NCBI GenBank assembly: GCA_037443035.1
Contig: JBBIPC010000003.1
Location: 79,952-143,951 of the forward strand
Length of the DNA stretch: 64,000 nt
Reading direction: 5' to 3'
Source of the DNA: Chthonomonadales bacterium
Lineage (GTDB): Bacteria > Armatimonadota > Chthonomonadetes > Chthonomonadales > CAJBBX01
Part shown: positions 56,499 to 64,000 of the stretch, piece after piece
Numbering within the stretch: the stretch's first letter is position 1
How the letters are laid out: every line of letters begins with the position of its first letter
The notes under the pieces: model-generated
Databases searched by the model: none
The model's input: the letters and a program-made list of their open reading frames with translations, nothing else
Told to the model about the DNA's origin: nothing
Made by a program: the position numbers and the translations under genes

Positions 56499-58294
56499 TG
56501 GCGAGGCGCTATTGCGATCGCAGGACGTTGGCCATCCTGGCTTGCGCAGCGGTAGTTATCGCCTCTGTGGCTCTCCGTTGTTACGCGCTCCGATCCGACC
56601 CGTACCCGCGACTGGACTGGAGCGCGGGACTGCTCACAGACGAGGGGTTCTACGTCCACAACGCGCGCAATCGAGTCCTGTTTGGGCGCGAACGAACGGA
56701 TGAGTTCAACAATATGCTCCTCTCGCCCTTGCTGCACCATGCACAGGTAGCCGTCTTCCGCCTGGCAGGTGTCGGTTCCGTGCAAGCACGTAGTATCAGT
56801 GTCGTCTGTAGCCTGGCCAGCATGGTTCTACTGTGGCTCGTGTTGAAGCCTCTCTTCGGCGTATACGTGGCATGGATCGCCGTGACACTGCTGGGTCTGG
56901 ACCATGTGCACCTGCTCTACAGCCGTATGGCTCTCATGGACCCCTTCGCGGCGTTCCTGGCAGTCATGGCATTCGCGTCCTTCGCACGAGCGACGCGACT
57001 TCAGGGAAGCTTGGCGACTTCGCTCCTATGGTACGGCTTTGGCGGCGCAGTCTTGGCCTTGGCCGTGCTGAACCGGTCGCTATGCATCTATCTCGTGCCT
57101 GCGCCCTTCATTGCCCTGGCAGCCATCCACGAGCGGCCACGGAGCTATGGAGCAGTCGTCTCGGGTATGGCGGTTGTCGTGGTCTTGTGGGCGGTCCTCT
57201 GGTGGGCTCCGCATCGGGCAGAGATCGCGCACATGAACCGCTACTATCGGCTGCATCAGGTACAGCCCGCCTCGCTGGCCAAGCTCTGGGACAACCTGCG
57301 TACAGGCGCGTTCGGCGATCACCGCGGGATCGGCCCCTATCTCTTCCGTCACACCCCCGTGCCGTTCGCGCTTTGCCTCCTGTACTTGGCCGCCCTGCCG
57401 CTCGGCATGCATCCGCAGTCCGAGAAGATGCACCCTTCGGCAACGCGGACTGACCGTTCTGCGCTATTCGCCAGGGCGTATCTGGTCACGTGGCTCCTGG
57501 GGGGATGGCTCGCCTTGTCGGCCTCGAACTACTCTCCGAGCCGGTATTACGTCACTACGTACCCTGCCATGATGGCGCTGGCAGCGCTCTGCGTAGGCGA
57601 GCTGGCAGAGAGAGTGCGTCACCTGAGCGGAGCGCACGTCATGGCCCGGTTGACGCGGTCCGCCCTCGGAGGCTTCCTCCTGTTCCACACCGTCCAGACC
57701 GTCGTGCACCGAGGTGGCGTGATCGCTCCTCTGGCGACGTGGCTCGTCCTCGTATCGATTCCCATTCTGGGCGCAGTCCTTCTCTGGAGGTGGCAGGGAC
57801 GCCCGGAACCGCTCGTCAGGGCTCCGGCCGCCGCACTACTATTGGGGCTCTGGCTCCTATCTAATGGCTACTGGTTGGGGGACTGGTCGAGAGGGATCGG
57901 CTACACGCAGTTCGCCATATCGCGAGAACTCCAGCAGATGCTTCCAAAGGGCTCCGTCCTTATCGGTGATGTGGCGCCGGGGCTATGCCTGGATAACCGT
58001 CACATGGTGGTGAACGTCATACCGGGCCTGTGCAACGGAGAACGTCCTGTGGAAACGTTCCGCGGGCGTCCCAGGTTCGTAGCCATTCTCGATGGTCGCT
58101 GGAAAGAGCGGTATTGGCTCCAGCGGTACCCAGCGCTCGTGCACCCGGCGCGCAGGCTGCTCTTACGGCGGGTCCTACGGTGGGACATTGGGGTGTATCA
58201 GGTCCAGGATGCGGCTGCGACCATGGAAAACCGGCGGTGCGCAGTCCGTAACGCGTATGCGCCAAGTAGCGGAGCAGGGAGTGTGTATGCCTAG
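56495..58294 (+). CDS. Polytopic membrane glycosyltransferase, ArnT/PMT-like (GT39/GT83 type)
   Basis: 599 aa with many TM helices. The N-terminal part is [29 protein letters not shown], containing a DE-like loop. The start overlaps the lepB stop. Confidence 0.7.
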   Translation: MMARRYCDRRTLAILACAAVVIASVALRCYALRSDPYPRLDWSAGLLTDEGFYVHNARNRVLFGRERTDEFNNMLLSPLLHHAQVAVFRLAGVGSVQARSISVVCSLASMVLLWLVLKPLFGVYVAWIAVTLLGLDHVHLLYSRMALMDPFAAFLAVMAFASFARATRLQGSLATSLLWYGFGGAVLALAVLNRSLCIYLVPAPFIALAAIHERPRSYGAVVSGMAVVVVLWAVLWWAPHRAEIAHMNRYYRLHQVQPASLAKLWDNLRTGAFGDHRGIGPYLFRHTPVPFALCLLYLAALPLGMHPQSEKMHPSATRTDRSALFARAYLVTWLLGGWLALSASNYSPSRYYVTTYPAMMALAALCVGELAERVRHLSGAHVMARLTRSALGGFLLFHTVQTVVHRGGVIAPLATWLVLVSIPILGAVLLWRWQGRPEPLVRAPAAALLLGLWLLSNGYWLGDWSRGIGYTQFAISRELQQMLPKGSVLIGDVAPGLCLDNRHMVVNVIPGLCNGERPVETFRGRPRFVAILDGRWKERYWLQRYPALVHPARRLLLRRVLRWDIGVYQVQDAAATMENRRCAVRNAYAPSSGAGSVYA

Positions 58295-60008
58295 AGATCC
58301 GTCTATCAAGAAGGTGATGGTCATCGGTTCGGGCCCCATCGTCATCGGGCAGGCAGCCGAGTTCGATTATGCAGGTACCCAGGCATGCCGCTCGCTTCGG
58401 GAAGAAGGGGTATCCGTTGTCCTTATCAACTCCAACCCCGCGACGATCATGACCGATCTCGAGATGGCGGATCGAGTTTATATCGAGCCTCTCGCAGTGG
58501 AGTTCGCCGAACGCGTTATCGCCCAGGAACGCCCGGACGGGCTTCTCCCGACTCTGGGAGGACAGACGGGGCTGAACCTCGCGACCCAACTCGCTGAGGC
58601 TGGCGTGCTGGATCGCTACGGCGTGCGCCTCCTCGGCACCCCTCTCGACTCCATCCGTATGGCAGAGGACCGGAACGAGTTCCGAGAACTGATGCGCCGT
58701 ATCGGCGAGCCCGTACCGGAGAGCTGGATCATCGAAGACGAGGCCATGCTCCCAGACATCGCTCAGAAGGGCATCTGGCCGCTCATCATTCGTCCGGCCT
58801 ATACTTTGGGCGGCACGGGAGGCGGTATCGCTCACAATGCCGACGAGTTGTTGGAAATCGGCAAGCACGGACTTTCGGTCTCCATGCGGCATCAGATCAT
58901 GGTGGAGCGTTGCCTACTCGGCTGGAAGGAGATCGAATATGAAGTCATGCGCGACGCCAACAATACTTGCATCACCGTGTGCAACATGGAGAACTTCGAC
59001 CCCATGGGCGTGCATACGGGAGACTCCATCGTGGTGGCTCCGTCCCAGACGCTGTCGGACAAGGAATATCAGCTGCTGCGCACGGCCTCGCTGAATATCA
59101 TCCGGAGTCTGGGCATCGAAGGCGGATGCAACGTGCAGCTCGCGCTGGATCCCGACAGCTTCCAGTACTACGTGATCGAAGTGAACCCGCGCGTGTCCCG
59201 TTCTTCGGCGCTAGCTTCCAAAGCCACGGGTTATCCGATCGCACGCGTGGCCGCCAAGATCGCCATCGGGTTGCACCTCGATGAAATCCAGAACGCCGTG
59301 ACGAAGAAGACGCTCGCATGTTTCGAACCAGCGTTGGATTACTGCGTGGTCAAGATCCCCCGCTGGCCGTTCGACAAGTTCCGCCAGGCTGACCGGCGCA
59401 TCACCACACAGATGAAGGCGACGGGCGAGGTCATGGCCATCGACAGAACGTTCGAGGCCGCATTGATGAAGGCCATTCGGAGCCTGGAAATCGGAGCCTA
59501 TGGGCTTACACGCAAGCGCATGAACGAGTTGTCCGATGTCCAGCTCGAAGAGGGGCTGGCCGTCCCCACGGACGAAAGGCTGTTCATCATCGCCGAGGCC
59601 CTGCGACGCGGCATGATGGTAGAGGAAATCCAGGCCTTGTCCCGCGTGGATTCGTGGTTCCTGAGGAAGATCGAGAGACTTGTCACTATGGAAACCCGCC
59701 TCAGGCTCGATGGCCGGAAGATCGCGGCGCTTGCTGAGACGCTCGATTCCGATGACCCAGCAGCCGACCTTCTGCGCGAGGCGAAGCGCTTGGGATTCTC
59801 GGACCGACAGATTGCCGAGTGCTCAGGCTTGAGCGAACGTCATGTACGGGATGTCAGGCGGGCGTTCGGCATCCGCCCTGTCTACAAGATGGTAGATACA
59901 TGCGCTGCCGAGTTCGAAGCCGAGACGCCCTACTTCTACTCGTGCTATGAACAAGAGGACGAGTACTTGGGCAGCCTAGGGGCCGTTCAGGAAGGAGCAA
60001 GGTCATGA
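58287..60008 (+). CDS. carB: Carbamoyl-phosphate synthase large subunit, N-terminal half (carboxyphosphate ATP-grasp plus oligomerisation domain)
   Basis: ATG at 58287 after GGAGCAGGGAG. It begins [26 protein letters not shown] and ends after about 573 aa, just past ...[24 protein letters not shown]. Confidence 0.92.
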   Translation: MPRDPSIKKVMVIGSGPIVIGQAAEFDYAGTQACRSLREEGVSVVLINSNPATIMTDLEMADRVYIEPLAVEFAERVIAQERPDGLLPTLGGQTGLNLATQLAEAGVLDRYGVRLLGTPLDSIRMAEDRNEFRELMRRIGEPVPESWIIEDEAMLPDIAQKGIWPLIIRPAYTLGGTGGGIAHNADELLEIGKHGLSVSMRHQIMVERCLLGWKEIEYEVMRDANNTCITVCNMENFDPMGVHTGDSIVVAPSQTLSDKEYQLLRTASLNIIRSLGIEGGCNVQLALDPDSFQYYVIEVNPRVSRSSALASKATGYPIARVAAKIAIGLHLDEIQNAVTKKTLACFEPALDYCVVKIPRWPFDKFRQADRRITTQMKATGEVMAIDRTFEAALMKAIRSLEIGAYGLTRKRMNELSDVQLEEGLAVPTDERLFIIAEALRRGMMVEEIQALSRVDSWFLRKIERLVTMETRLRLDGRKIAALAETLDSDDPAADLLREAKRLGFSDRQIAECSGLSERHVRDVRRAFGIRPVYKMVDTCAAEFEAETPYFYSCYEQEDEYLGSLGAVQEGARS

Positions 60009-60823
60009 GCGACACAAGCCAGGCGCAGGGCTACGTCCTGGCAACGGGCGACGAAGGGAAGGACCGTCTTGGACTTGTCGATGAAGTCCACGGCGCAGAC
60101 ACACGAGCGCTCCTGAAAAAGGCCGGCATTGCTCGCGGCATGCGCGTAGCCGACATCGGCTGCGGCGTTGGACTTGTGACCTGTACTCTGGCGCAGATGG
60201 TGGCGCCTGACGGTGAGGTCGTGGGCGTGGACATCAGCCCAGAACAGATCCAAGTCGCCCAGGGATTGGCTGAGCAGAAGGGGCTCAGCAACGTGCGCTT
60301 CGTCGTGGCCAGCGCCTACGACACCGGGCTGGAGGCAGGAAGCTTCGATGCCACGTACGCACGGTTCGTCTTGATGCACCTGGCGCGACCGGCAGACGCT
60401 CTGGCCGAGATGGCGCGTCTCCTCCGACCGAGTGGCACTCTCATCGTGGAGGATGGCGACTTCACATCGCCCTATTGCGTTCCCGCGTCGCCGGCGTATC
60501 TGAGGGCATTCGAGCTGTATCGGGAGGCCGTGCGACGCCAGGGGGCTGATCCGGAGATCGGTCCCTCGCTCATCGGCATGGTGATGAAGGCCGGCTTTCC
60601 GCGACTTGGGGTAGCGGTGGTCCAGCCGATACTCAAGGAGGGTGCCGCGAAACGTCTGCCAGAGTTGACATTGCTGGAAGCGGCACCGGAGATACTGGCG
60701 GCAGGCGCTGCAACCGAAGCGGAGATTCAGGCGATCGCCGCGGAAGTCCGCCGCCTTGCCGATGACGTCACCACGGAGTTCGGCATGGCGCAGATGACTC
60801 AAGTCTGGGCGACGAAACCATGA
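60005..60823 (+). CDS. Class I SAM-dependent methyltransferase inserted between the two carB halves
   Basis: ATGA overlap with the upstream stop. It has motif I ([10 protein letters not shown]), and VGVDIS and [14 protein letters not shown] follow. Confidence 0.85.
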   Translation: MSDTSQAQGYVLATGDEGKDRLGLVDEVHGADTRALLKKAGIARGMRVADIGCGVGLVTCTLAQMVAPDGEVVGVDISPEQIQVAQGLAEQKGLSNVRFVVASAYDTGLEAGSFDATYARFVLMHLARPADALAEMARLLRPSGTLIVEDGDFTSPYCVPASPAYLRAFELYREAVRRQGADPEIGPSLIGMVMKAGFPRLGVAVVQPILKEGAAKRLPELTLLEAAPEILAAGAATEAEIQAIAAEVRRLADDVTTEFGMAQMTQVWATKP

Positions 60824-60866
60824 GGCGCGGTACAGCAGAATCTAGGTAAGGGGAGAAAGCAAACCC

Positions 60867-62468
60867 GTGAAACCGAAGGTCATCGTCATCGGGTCGGGTC
60901 CCATACGCATCGGACAAGGGATCGAGTTCGACTATTGCTCTGTTCACTGCGTATGGGCGCTCCAGGCGGCAGGGTACCAGGCGATCATCATCAACAACAA
61001 CCCGGAGACGGTGAGCACAGACTTCGACACTTCGGACTGCCTCTACTTCGAGCCGCTTACCGTCGAGGATGTGCTGAACATCATCGAACGGGAACAGCCC
61101 GAAGGCGTCGTCGTCCAGTTCGGTGGACAGACAGCCATCAACCTCGCCGGACCCCTGAGCGAAGCGGGCGTGCGGATCCTGGGTTCGTCGCCCGATTCCA
61201 TCAGCTTGGCCGAGGATCGGAAGCGCTTCGAGAAGGTCCTCCGGGAGCTGGGCATTCCCAAGCCGGCTGGTCGGACGGTGGAGAGCCAGGCCGAAGCCGA
61301 GGAGGTGGCCGCGGAGATCGGCTATCCCGTCCTCGTTCGGCCCTCGTGGGTGCTCGGTGGTCGGGCCATGGAGATCGTCTACAGCCGTGACGAGCTCCGA
61401 TCCTACATGACATATGTCGTGGACGTATCACCGACGGCGCCAATCCTGATAGACAAGTACGTGCTCGGACGCGAGGTGGAAGTGGATGTGATCTCGGACG
61501 GTGTGGATTGCGTCCTTCCGGGGATCATGGAGCACATCGAGCGAGCCGGCGTTCATTCCGGCGACTCCATGGCGGTCTACCCGCCGCAGAACCTGAGCCA
61601 GAATGTCATCGAGCAGATCGTAGATACCGCTACCCGTCTCTCGCGGCGCCTGGAAGTGTGCGGGCTGATGAATATCCAGTACGTTGTCAGCGATGAGACT
61701 GCTCAGGTCCTAGAGGTCAATCCCAGAGCTAGCCGCACCGTGCCGTATCTTTCGAAGATCACCGGCATCCCCATGGTTCAGGTAGCGACCTTCGCCATGC
61801 TTGGCCGCAGCCTTCGGGATCAGGGCTACAGCCCGGGTCTCCAACCTGTTCCTCCGCTCATTGCGGTGAAGGCTCCAGTCTTCAGCTTCCCTAAACTCAA
61901 AGGCGTGGACATTGGGCTAGGTCCAGAGATGAAGAGCACCGGCGAGATCATGGGCATCGAGCAGGACTACAGCAGGGCGCTCTACAAAGCCATGGTGGCT
62001 AGCGGCCTGGAGGTGCAGACGGGAGGCGCCCTACTGGCCACGATTGCCGATCACGACAAGTCGGAGTCCGCCGCCATCATCCGGGATTTCGCCGAGCTTG
62101 GCTTCCGCATTTTCGCTACGGAAGGCACAGCGCGCTTCCTCAATCAGCGAGGCATCCCGGCGACACCTGTTAGCAAGATACGCGAGAGCTCCTACAACGG
62201 TGGTCCCGCGCGTCCGGACCTGCTGGATCTAATTCGAAGCGGCCGGGTGGACCTGCTGATCAACACGCTTTCCACCGACAAGAGGACCGAACAGGAAGCG
62301 GTCCAGATACGCCGCGCGAGTGTGGAGATGGGGATTCCCTGCCTAACTTCTCTTGACACAGCACGCGCCCTTTGGATGGCACTGAAGAGCCGCGCATCTG
62401 GTAGCGCTTTCGTCTGCCTGCCTGTGGATGGTTACCTCAAGGGCATTGACATCGCTTCCAACATGTGA
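60867..62468 (+). CDS. carB: Carbamoyl-phosphate synthase large subunit, C-terminal half (carbamate-phosphorylating ATP-grasp plus MGS-like allosteric domain)
   Basis: GTG at 60867 after GGGGAGAAAG. It begins [24 protein letters not shown] and has an MGS-like end ([13 protein letters not shown]). Confidence 0.92.
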   Translation: MKPKVIVIGSGPIRIGQGIEFDYCSVHCVWALQAAGYQAIIINNNPETVSTDFDTSDCLYFEPLTVEDVLNIIEREQPEGVVVQFGGQTAINLAGPLSEAGVRILGSSPDSISLAEDRKRFEKVLRELGIPKPAGRTVESQAEAEEVAAEIGYPVLVRPSWVLGGRAMEIVYSRDELRSYMTYVVDVSPTAPILIDKYVLGREVEVDVISDGVDCVLPGIMEHIERAGVHSGDSMAVYPPQNLSQNVIEQIVDTATRLSRRLEVCGLMNIQYVVSDETAQVLEVNPRASRTVPYLSKITGIPMVQVATFAMLGRSLRDQGYSPGLQPVPPLIAVKAPVFSFPKLKGVDIGLGPEMKSTGEIMGIEQDYSRALYKAMVASGLEVQTGGALLATIADHDKSESAAIIRDFAELGFRIFATEGTARFLNQRGIPATPVSKIRESSYNGGPARPDLLDLIRSGRVDLLINTLSTDKRTEQEAVQIRRASVEMGIPCLTSLDTARALWMALKSRASGSAFVCLPVDGYLKGIDIASNM

Positions 62469-62585
62469 TAGCATAGCTATGCGCCATGGCAGCAGCCCAA
62501 GAGGTGGAGGGGCAATTCTGTTTGCCATTCTCTGTTCGGGTGGTCGCCGTGGCAGACTCCCAACCCCCCAAGGAGGGAAGCTCGA

Positions 62586-63371
62586 GTGAGAGCAAAGCAA
62601 GGATTCACCCTCATTGAGCTGCTGGTGGTCATCGCGATCATCGCGATTCTGGCAGCCATCCTGTTCCCTGTCTTCGCCCAGGCGAGAGAGAAGGCAAGGG
62701 CGATCGCGTGCCTCTCCAACACCAAGCAGATCGGCACCGCGGTGATGATGTATGCCCAGGACTGGGAAGAGGCCATCGCTCCGTGGATTAGCTGCGGCGC
62801 CGGCCAGGGCTGCGGCAACCCCACCCGCGCCGAGCGCTTGTGGACCGGCAAGCTCCAGCCGTATATCAAGAACGGCGGGCAGATCGGCCCCACCGGTCTC
62901 TTCGTGTGCCCTGGCTTCGCAGATGCCAAGTTCCTCGAGGCCGCCAACGCCGTGGACTGCGACGGCCCTGGATCGCTGGATCCCTACTACCCGCCTCTGG
63001 AGCGCTATGCGCACTACGGCTATGCCTGGCATCAGGCGAGCATGGTGGGCTCCGGCACGCAGGTGGATCCCTATTGGCAGTTCCCGGGCTCGTTCGCCTA
63101 TCCGCCCGACTATGGCCCCGTGACGCGCACTCTGGCCGAGATCAAGCGGCCCGCTGAGACTGCCATCGTGACGGATGGTCAGACCTGGGTCGGTGGCGGC
63201 TACTTCGTGATCACCTTCGGCTGCGAGGCGGCTGCCATGCACAACGGTGGTGGCAACCACACCATGCTCGATGGTCACTCCAAGTGGCTGGCCCGCAACT
63301 CCGAGCGGTATCTTGCCCAGACGTCCTCAGGCGCCTGGTACAAGCGGTACTTCTGCTTCCCGCTTGAATAG
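62586..63371 (+). CDS. Prepilin-type N-terminal cleavage/methylation domain protein, DUF1559 family (module D)
   Basis: GTG at 62586 after AAGGAGGGAAG. It has [44 protein letters not shown] and a C-terminal LDGHSK. Confidence 0.88.
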   Translation: MRAKQGFTLIELLVVIAIIAILAAILFPVFAQAREKARAIACLSNTKQIGTAVMMYAQDWEEAIAPWISCGAGQGCGNPTRAERLWTGKLQPYIKNGGQIGPTGLFVCPGFADAKFLEAANAVDCDGPGSLDPYYPPLERYAHYGYAWHQASMVGSGTQVDPYWQFPGSFAYPPDYGPVTRTLAEIKRPAETAIVTDGQTWVGGGYFVITFGCEAAAMHNGGGNHTMLDGHSKWLARNSERYLAQTSSGAWYKRYFCFPLE

Positions 63372-63381
63372 GCGGAGAAGC

Positions 63382-63606
63382 ATGGACTGCATCCGCCCGG
63401 TGGTCGCAAGAGTCGGTGCGCTGGCCCTGACGGCGAGCATAGCTCTCGGCATGCTCGCTCTGCCCGGGTGCAAGAAATCGGAACCCGAGCCGAGTGCGCC
63501 GGGATACTACACCGGCCCCATCAAGCCCAAGGGAGAGGTAGCTCCGGGACCCGGTGCTGGCGCCAAGCCCGGTTCCAAGCCAAGCGCAGCGACCGGCGAC
63601 CTGTAA
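63382..63606 (+). CDS. Small lipoprotein with PGYYTGP motif (module D)
   Basis: 74 aa from ATG 63382 after GGCGGAGAAG. The lipobox is LGMLALPGC. Confidence 0.6.
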   Translation: MDCIRPVVARVGALALTASIALGMLALPGCKKSEPEPSAPGYYTGPIKPKGEVAPGPGAGAKPGSKPSAATGDL

Positions 63607-63678
63607 GGGTACCGGTGAGGCCCGGACACAAGGAGGTGAACGGGCCTCGAAGCAAGAGTGCTAGTGAGGTAACGTGAG

Positions 63679-63948
63679 GTGGAGGACAAACAGAAGAAAC
63701 TCCTCCTAGTGGGTCTGTTGATTGTTCTCGCCGCGGTCCTGGCCTTTACCCTCCGCGGGGGCAAGAAGGAAAAACCGCCGCCGACTGTACCGGGCTACTA
63801 TTCCGGACCAATGCGGAACAAGAGCGATCCGACCAAGTACACTACGGAGGATAACCGAATAGCACCGACGCCACCTGGCGCATCCAACTCCGCATCATGG
63901 ACGCCCGTCCAGGTGGACAAGACCGGTCGCATCAAGGAGACCGAGTAG
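63679..63948 (+). CDS. Small N-terminally anchored protein with PGYYSGP motif
   Basis: 89 aa with a GTG start and a TM helix (LLLVGLLIVLAAVLAFTL). It shares the P-G-Y-Y-x-G-P motif with the preceding lipoprotein. Confidence 0.5.
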   Translation: MEDKQKKLLLVGLLIVLAAVLAFTLRGGKKEKPPPTVPGYYSGPMRNKSDPTKYTTEDNRIAPTPPGASNSASWTPVQVDKTGRIKETE

Positions 63949-64000
63949 GGTCGTCTTCGACAGTAACTGCGTCTGACCGTCCTCCTGCTTCCGTGCGGAT

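Noticed and set aside
62471-62482. Perfect 12-nt palindrome GCATAGCTATGC just after carB-C, about 105 nt upstream of DUF1559 module D; considered as a third LacI-2 operator
   Set aside because: Its centre is GC rather than the CG of the LacI-type sites, and it shares only the GCATA core with them. That is not enough to claim a regulatory link.

Overview
High-GC bacterial chromosomal segment, about 60-65% GC by eye, densely coding on both strands. I saw no rRNA, tRNA, CRISPR array, transposase or integrase. Recognisable housekeeping genes are pyk, rpsF-ssb-rpsR, a PGI/PMI-type isomerase, msrB, purU, ilvD, ymdB-like, PPK2 and lepB. There is also a PyrR-attenuated pyrimidine operon (pyrR-pyrB-pyrC...carA...carB). 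In it carB is split into two genes, and unrelated genes are interleaved with overlapping start/stop codons. The rest looks like a glycan-foraging repertoire: GH30-like, DUF5060/DUF4038, GH5, GH130 and two unclassified large hydrolase-like proteins, an esterase, three Gfo/Idh/MocA oxidoreductases (two with Tat signals and HEAT-repeat partners), two LacI regulators and an orphan MsmX-like ABC ATPase. Four DUF1559-type prepilin-like genes are each followed by a tiny lipoprotein gene. This gene content suggests a Planctomycetota- or Armatimonadota-like lineage, which is an inference only. The candidates most worth follow-up are: (1) a compact cassette of a Cys-motif 250-aa protein plus two divergent DUF488 proteins (6125-7971); (2) a ClpA-like ATPase with a dead second AAA+ module paired with a YbjN-like protein (28060-30984); (3) LacI-controlled pseudopilin/lipoprotein/GH modules, one of whose LacI genes carries a C12 homopolymer in its hinge; (4) a secreted protein with a GPGGM-type Gly/Met/Pro-rich insert. 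Many long ORFs in the six-frame track are antisense or alternative-frame shadows typical of high-GC DNA and were rejected.
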